Assembly: GCA_025057205.1 (NCBI GenBank)
Contig: JANWXR010000004.1
Location: forward strand, 1 to 34,830
DNA from: Anaerolineales bacterium
Lineage (GTDB): Bacteria > Chloroflexota > Anaerolineae > Anaerolineales > UBA6663
Direction of reading: 5' to 3'
Length of the DNA stretch: 34,830 nucleotides
Numbering within the stretch: position 1 is the first letter of the stretch; each line of letters opens with the position of its first letter. A program made the position numbers and the translations under genes. The notes beneath the pieces are model-generated. The model was not told the origin of the DNA. It saw only the letters and a list, made by a program, of their open reading frames with translations, and made no database searches. Positions 30,354-34,830 of the stretch are shown piece after piece.

Positions 30354-30379
30354 TCCGTTCCTTCGCTATCCGCTGGCAC

Positions 30380-30407
30380 AAAAAAGGCCGGACGGGAAGT
30401 CCGGCCT
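30380..30407 (-). terminator. Intrinsic terminator between icd and aceK
   Basis: Stem AGGCCGGAC-(5 nt)-GTCCGGCCT followed on the minus strand by a T run. Confidence 0.85.
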
Positions 30408-30413
30408 GTACGG

Positions 30414-31724
<1,311 letters not shown>

Positions 31725-31806
31725 TCAAGCTCCTCGAGAGATGATCTCAGAAAGATTATAGTCGGGCGGCTTGCAGAATGCCATAGCGCGAACGATACCA
31801 ACGAGC

Positions 31807-33138
31807 TTATCGCTTCTCCAAGGTCATCAACAGGCCAGGCCGAGGGCGCAGCGTGGCCAGCGGTGTGGGCCGCACCCTGTAGCCGGGCACAGCCTTTAGC
31901 CGGTAGCGCTGGGCGATGGTCGCCAAAAGCAGCGTGGCCTCCACCAGCGCGAACTGGTCGCCGATGCATTTGCGCGGGCCGGCGGCGAAGGGGAAGTACG
32001 CCAGCTTGTGCCGGGCTTCCACGGCTTCTGGACGAAAACGCTCTGGGTCGAACGTCTCCGGCTCCGGCCAGAATTCCGGCAGGCGATGGGTGACGTACGG
32101 GCTGAGGAAGATGGACGCGCCTGCCGGCACGTGGTAGCCGCCGAGCTCGTCGTCGGCGACGGCGGTGCGCACGAACATCCACGCCGGGGGATAAAGCCGC
32201 AGAGTCTCATCGAGGACCAGGCGCGTATAGGTGAGGCGTGGCAGGTCGTCGAAGGTCGGCGTGCGCCCGCTCAGCACCCTGGCCAGCTCGTCTTCCAGGC
32301 GGCTGAGGATCTGCGGCTGCCGGCTCAACACATACCACGTCCAGCTCAGCAGCGTGGCCGTGGTTTCGTGTCCAGCAAGAAAGATGGTGATAATCTCGTC
32401 GCGGATTTCCTCATCGCTCAGGCCTCTGCCATCGCCTTCCTCGCGGGCGGCCAGCAGCATGGAGAGCAAATCCGCTTCCTGCCGCCCGCTGCGGCGACGG
32501 TCCGCTAAAATGGCGTACACTGTTTGCGTGATGAAATCGCGCTCCCGTTTGAAGCGCCGGTTGGCGGGCGTGGGCCAGTCCAGCGGAATATGGATTGGTG
32601 AAAAGAGGAAACGATTGAAGTAGGCCAGTAGATAATCAAAGGCGGCACCGATGCGCTCGGCGTTGGCACTGACATCTGTGCTGAACATGGTGCGCACAAT
32701 GATGGTTTGCGTCAGCAGCATCATCTCGGAGCTGATCTCTAGCGGCTTGCCGGTCGGCTGAGCGGCCCAGCGCGCTAGCATTGTTTCGGTCGCCGCCGTC
32801 ATCACTCCTGCCATCTGCGCGATCTGCGTGCGGTGAAAGGCCGGCTGCATCAGGCGGCGGTGGCGCAGCCACTTTTCACCGTTGCTGGTTAACAAGCCGT
32901 CGCCGAACAGAGGCTTGATGGGGTCGTAGGCTTTAACGAAGTTCTTTTGATTGTCTTGAAGAACGTACTTCACGTCGTCCGGGTGGTGAATGAGGTAGAA
33001 CCGGCTCGGGCCGAGGTCTAACTGTACGACGCGCCCATGTGTCGCGGCTTCGACGAAGAAGCGGAGCGGGTCTTTCCAGACTCCGGGCAGTTGTCCAACG
33101 AACGGATAACTCTGAAGTTTTGGGGGAGTTTTCAGCAT
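31807..33138 (-). CDS. Cytochrome P450
   Basis: I-helix AGHETT, ETLRLYPP, PERF, heme motif FAAGPRKCIG; start set at ATG 33138. Confidence 0.96.
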   Translation of the reverse strand: MLKTPPKLQSYPFVGQLPGVWKDPLRFFVEAATHGRVVQLDLGPSRFYLIHHPDDVKYVLQDNQKNFVKAYDPIKPLFGDGLLTSNGEKWLRHRRLMQPAFHRTQIAQMAGVMTAATETMLARWAAQPTGKPLEISSEMMLLTQTIIVRTMFSTDVSANAERIGAAFDYLLAYFNRFLFSPIHIPLDWPTPANRRFKRERDFITQTVYAILADRRRSGRQEADLLSMLLAAREEGDGRGLSDEEIRDEIITIFLAGHETTATLLSWTWYVLSRQPQILSRLEDELARVLSGRTPTFDDLPRLTYTRLVLDETLRLYPPAWMFVRTAVADDELGGYHVPAGASIFLSPYVTHRLPEFWPEPETFDPERFRPEAVEARHKLAYFPFAAGPRKCIGDQFALVEATLLLATIAQRYRLKAVPGYRVRPTPLATLRPRPGLLMTLEKR

Positions 33139-33253
33139 GGAGTCGAACAAAGCCTTTCTGTCAGGATGACACAAGTATCGCATCGGCAGATTAGCATAAC
33201 GTGAGCGCCGGTGCCAGGGAGCCGGCGTTAGCAAACCCATTCGGAGGTGTTTG

Positions 33254-33551
33254 ATGAACCGTTACCGAATCTAACCTAGGCAGAAAATTGATTCGAGTCA
33301 GTGGGACCCGGACGATCGGAGCGCGTTCGACGGCGGTAAGAAAGATGCCGAGGCCCAGCTGGCGGAGCTGAGCCAGGAGCTGGACTCTTTGCAAGACATG
33401 CTCTTGGCACAACGCCGGCACAGGCTGCTGGTCGTTCCGCAGGCGATGGATACCGGCAGCCAGGACAGCATGACCCGCAAGGTCTTCGAGCATGTGAACT
33501 CTGAGCTACCCGAAGCCGAATCGGGAGCGGGCGATAATCAAGATTGAACAG
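33254..33551 (+). pseudogene. ppk2: Polyphosphate kinase 2 (class III-like) pseudogene
   Basis: GGAGG RBS; MNRYRI*PRQKIDSSQWDPDDRSAFDGGKKDAE..LQDMLLAQRRHRLLVVPQAMDTGSQDSMTRKVFEHVNS has an in-frame stop and a decayed Walker A (normally AMDTGGKDG). It then jumps to a C-terminal-like YPKPNRERAIIKIE. Confidence 0.82.
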
Positions 33552-33559
33552 CAGCCCAC

Positions 33560-34207
33560 TTAGTTGAGCGAGAAATTTGAGTTCTGCTGGAAGCGGCCAG
33601 AATCTAGCATCGCGCGGATCAGGCTGAGTTCCCGCCGGTAAAGCGTGCACTCACGCTCCAGCATCTCATCCATAGTGGGACAGCTCAGCAGCGTTTGTTT
33701 TTCCCCAAGCGGCGCTTGGATGATGATGGCAGCAAGATAAGCCAGCGCCAGCGGGCTGGTGGGCAGGCTCTGGCGGTCGAATGGGATGTTAGCCACCTCG
33801 CTCAACAACTTTAGGTAGCGGCCCAGCCAGTGAACGAGTCGTCTGGCGCAGCGGGCGACCGTGGGGCCGTGCGCCTCCACCAACGGAAACTTCTCGACCG
33901 TGCCGGTCAAATAGGCCTCGTCGTGGTGCAGGGCCAGCACGCGAAACCGCTCTTGCCCGATGACCTCGATGTTCATGCGCCCGTCGTGCAGCTGCTCGAC
34001 TCGCGAAATCAAGCCATATGTGCCGATAGGGTACGGCTCGGCATAGCCGCCGACCTCCATCCCGCGGCGAATCAACACCACGCCGAACGGCTCACTCCTG
34101 GCAAGGCAGCGGTTAATCATCTGCCGGTAGCGCGGCTCGAAGATGTGCAGCGGCAACGTCATGCCGGGAAAGAACACCGTGTTTAGGGGAAACAGTGCAA
34201 GTTTAAT
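33560..34207 (-). CDS. LON peptidase substrate-binding domain protein
   Basis: (I)KLALFPLNTVFFPGMTLPLHIFEPRYRQMI..FGVVLI..DGRMNI..GQERFRV. The conserved N-terminus extends 10 codons above the ORF-track GTG, to an ATT codon. Confidence 0.88.
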   Translation of the reverse strand: MKLALFPLNTVFFPGMTLPLHIFEPRYRQMINRCLARSEPFGVVLIRRGMEVGGYAEPYPIGTYGLISRVEQLHDGRMNIEVIGQERFRVLALHHDEAYLTGTVEKFPLVEAHGPTVARCARRLVHWLGRYLKLLSEVANIPFDRQSLPTSPLALAYLAAIIIQAPLGEKQTLLSCPTMDEMLERECTLYRRELSLIRAMLDSGRFQQNSNFSLN

Positions 34208-34232
34208 GGCGGCACCTGCCTTGCGAGCAGAA

Positions 34233-34260
34233 TTGACAGTTGGGTGTCAGCGGCTATAAT
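34233..34260 (+). promoter_or_regulatory. Consensus sigma-70 promoter for tRNA-Leu
   Basis: TTGACA-16 nt-TATAAT. Confidence 0.85.
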
Positions 34261-34286
34261 TCTACCGCTGTCATGCCCAATCGTAT

Positions 34287-34370
<84 letters not shown>

Positions 34371-34382
34371 CCTCGACCGCAA

Positions 34383-34425
34383 GACCGCAGTCGTCCGGCT
34401 CGCGCCGCGCGGCTGCGGTCCTTTT
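34383..34425 (+). terminator. Terminator after tRNA-Leu
   Basis: GACCGCAGTCG...CGGCTGCGGTC stem followed by CTTTT. Confidence 0.65.
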
Positions 34426-34490
34426 GTCGGTGCACGGCTTGTCCGGCTCAAAAGCCTATCATCTTCCGTTTATCACACTGAAGGCTCTCT

Positions 34491-34830
34491 ATGAACACTG
34501 TCAGGCTCGTGATTATCGGCGCAGGCATCGTCGGCGCAAGCGCGGCCTATCACCTGACCCGCCTGGGCTGGCGTGATGTGCTCGTGCTGGACAAGGGCAA
34601 CCTCGAGGAAAACGACGGCTCCACCTCGCACGCGCCCGGCGGCGTGGTCGGCCTAAGCCACAACAAGCTGCTCACGCAGATGGCCCAGTACGGCTCCGAC
34701 CTGTACCGCAGCCTGAAGCCCTACCATCCGGCGCGCAACACCTACAACGCCGTCGGTGGGCTGGAGCTGGCAACCACGCCTGAGCGCCTGCGCGACCTGA
34801 AGCGCCTGCATGCCGAGGGTAAGAGCTTCG
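34491..34830 (+). CDS. GcvT-family FAD-dependent oxidoreductase (dimethylglycine/sarcosine dehydrogenase-like); partial
   Basis: Not in the ORF track; MNTVRLVIIGAGIVGASAAYHLTRLGWRDVLVLDKG..GSTSHAPG.., open to the window end. Confidence 0.88.
   Translation, partial: MNTVRLVIIGAGIVGASAAYHLTRLGWRDVLVLDKGNLEENDGSTSHAPGGVVGLSHNKLLTQMAQYGSDLYRSLKPYHPARNTYNAVGGLELATTPERLRDLKRLHAEGKSF

Overview
GC-rich bacterial chromosomal segment, most likely Chloroflexota/Anaerolineae (inferred from gene content and protein style). It is mostly housekeeping: rpoN coupled to an NtrB-like PAS/GAF kinase, an HDAC-family deacetylase, an MshA-like GT4, an SDR, a YfhO-like GT-C membrane protein, a GNAT, a PHP-AlbA_2 fusion, two lone receiver proteins, hsp20-lon, an ABC ATPase with an ABC-2/SpoIIM permease, ino1-pgsA-lgt, glnS, a kinase-nSTAND1 protein, gpmA, icd-aceK, a P450, a LON substrate-binding-domain protein, three tRNAs (Pro, Gln, Leu) and the start of a GcvT-family oxidoreductase. 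The most unusual layer is non-coding. Small TIR-bounded elements with 8-bp target duplications carry REP-like palindromes and nest inside other palindromic repeats; two copies of one element are both exactly 123 bp. Heptamer and nonamer repeats have also inserted in frame at about seven places in the YfhO-like gene. Other highlights: a perfect sigma-54 promoter in front of rpoN itself, a STAND kinase whose WD40 sensor appears to be excised, a Ppl-like PHP domain fused to a degenerate Schlafen/AlbA_2 domain, an icd-aceK pair, an apparent AUU start codon, and several pseudogenes with internal deletions. All calls come from motif recognition by eye; no database searches were run.
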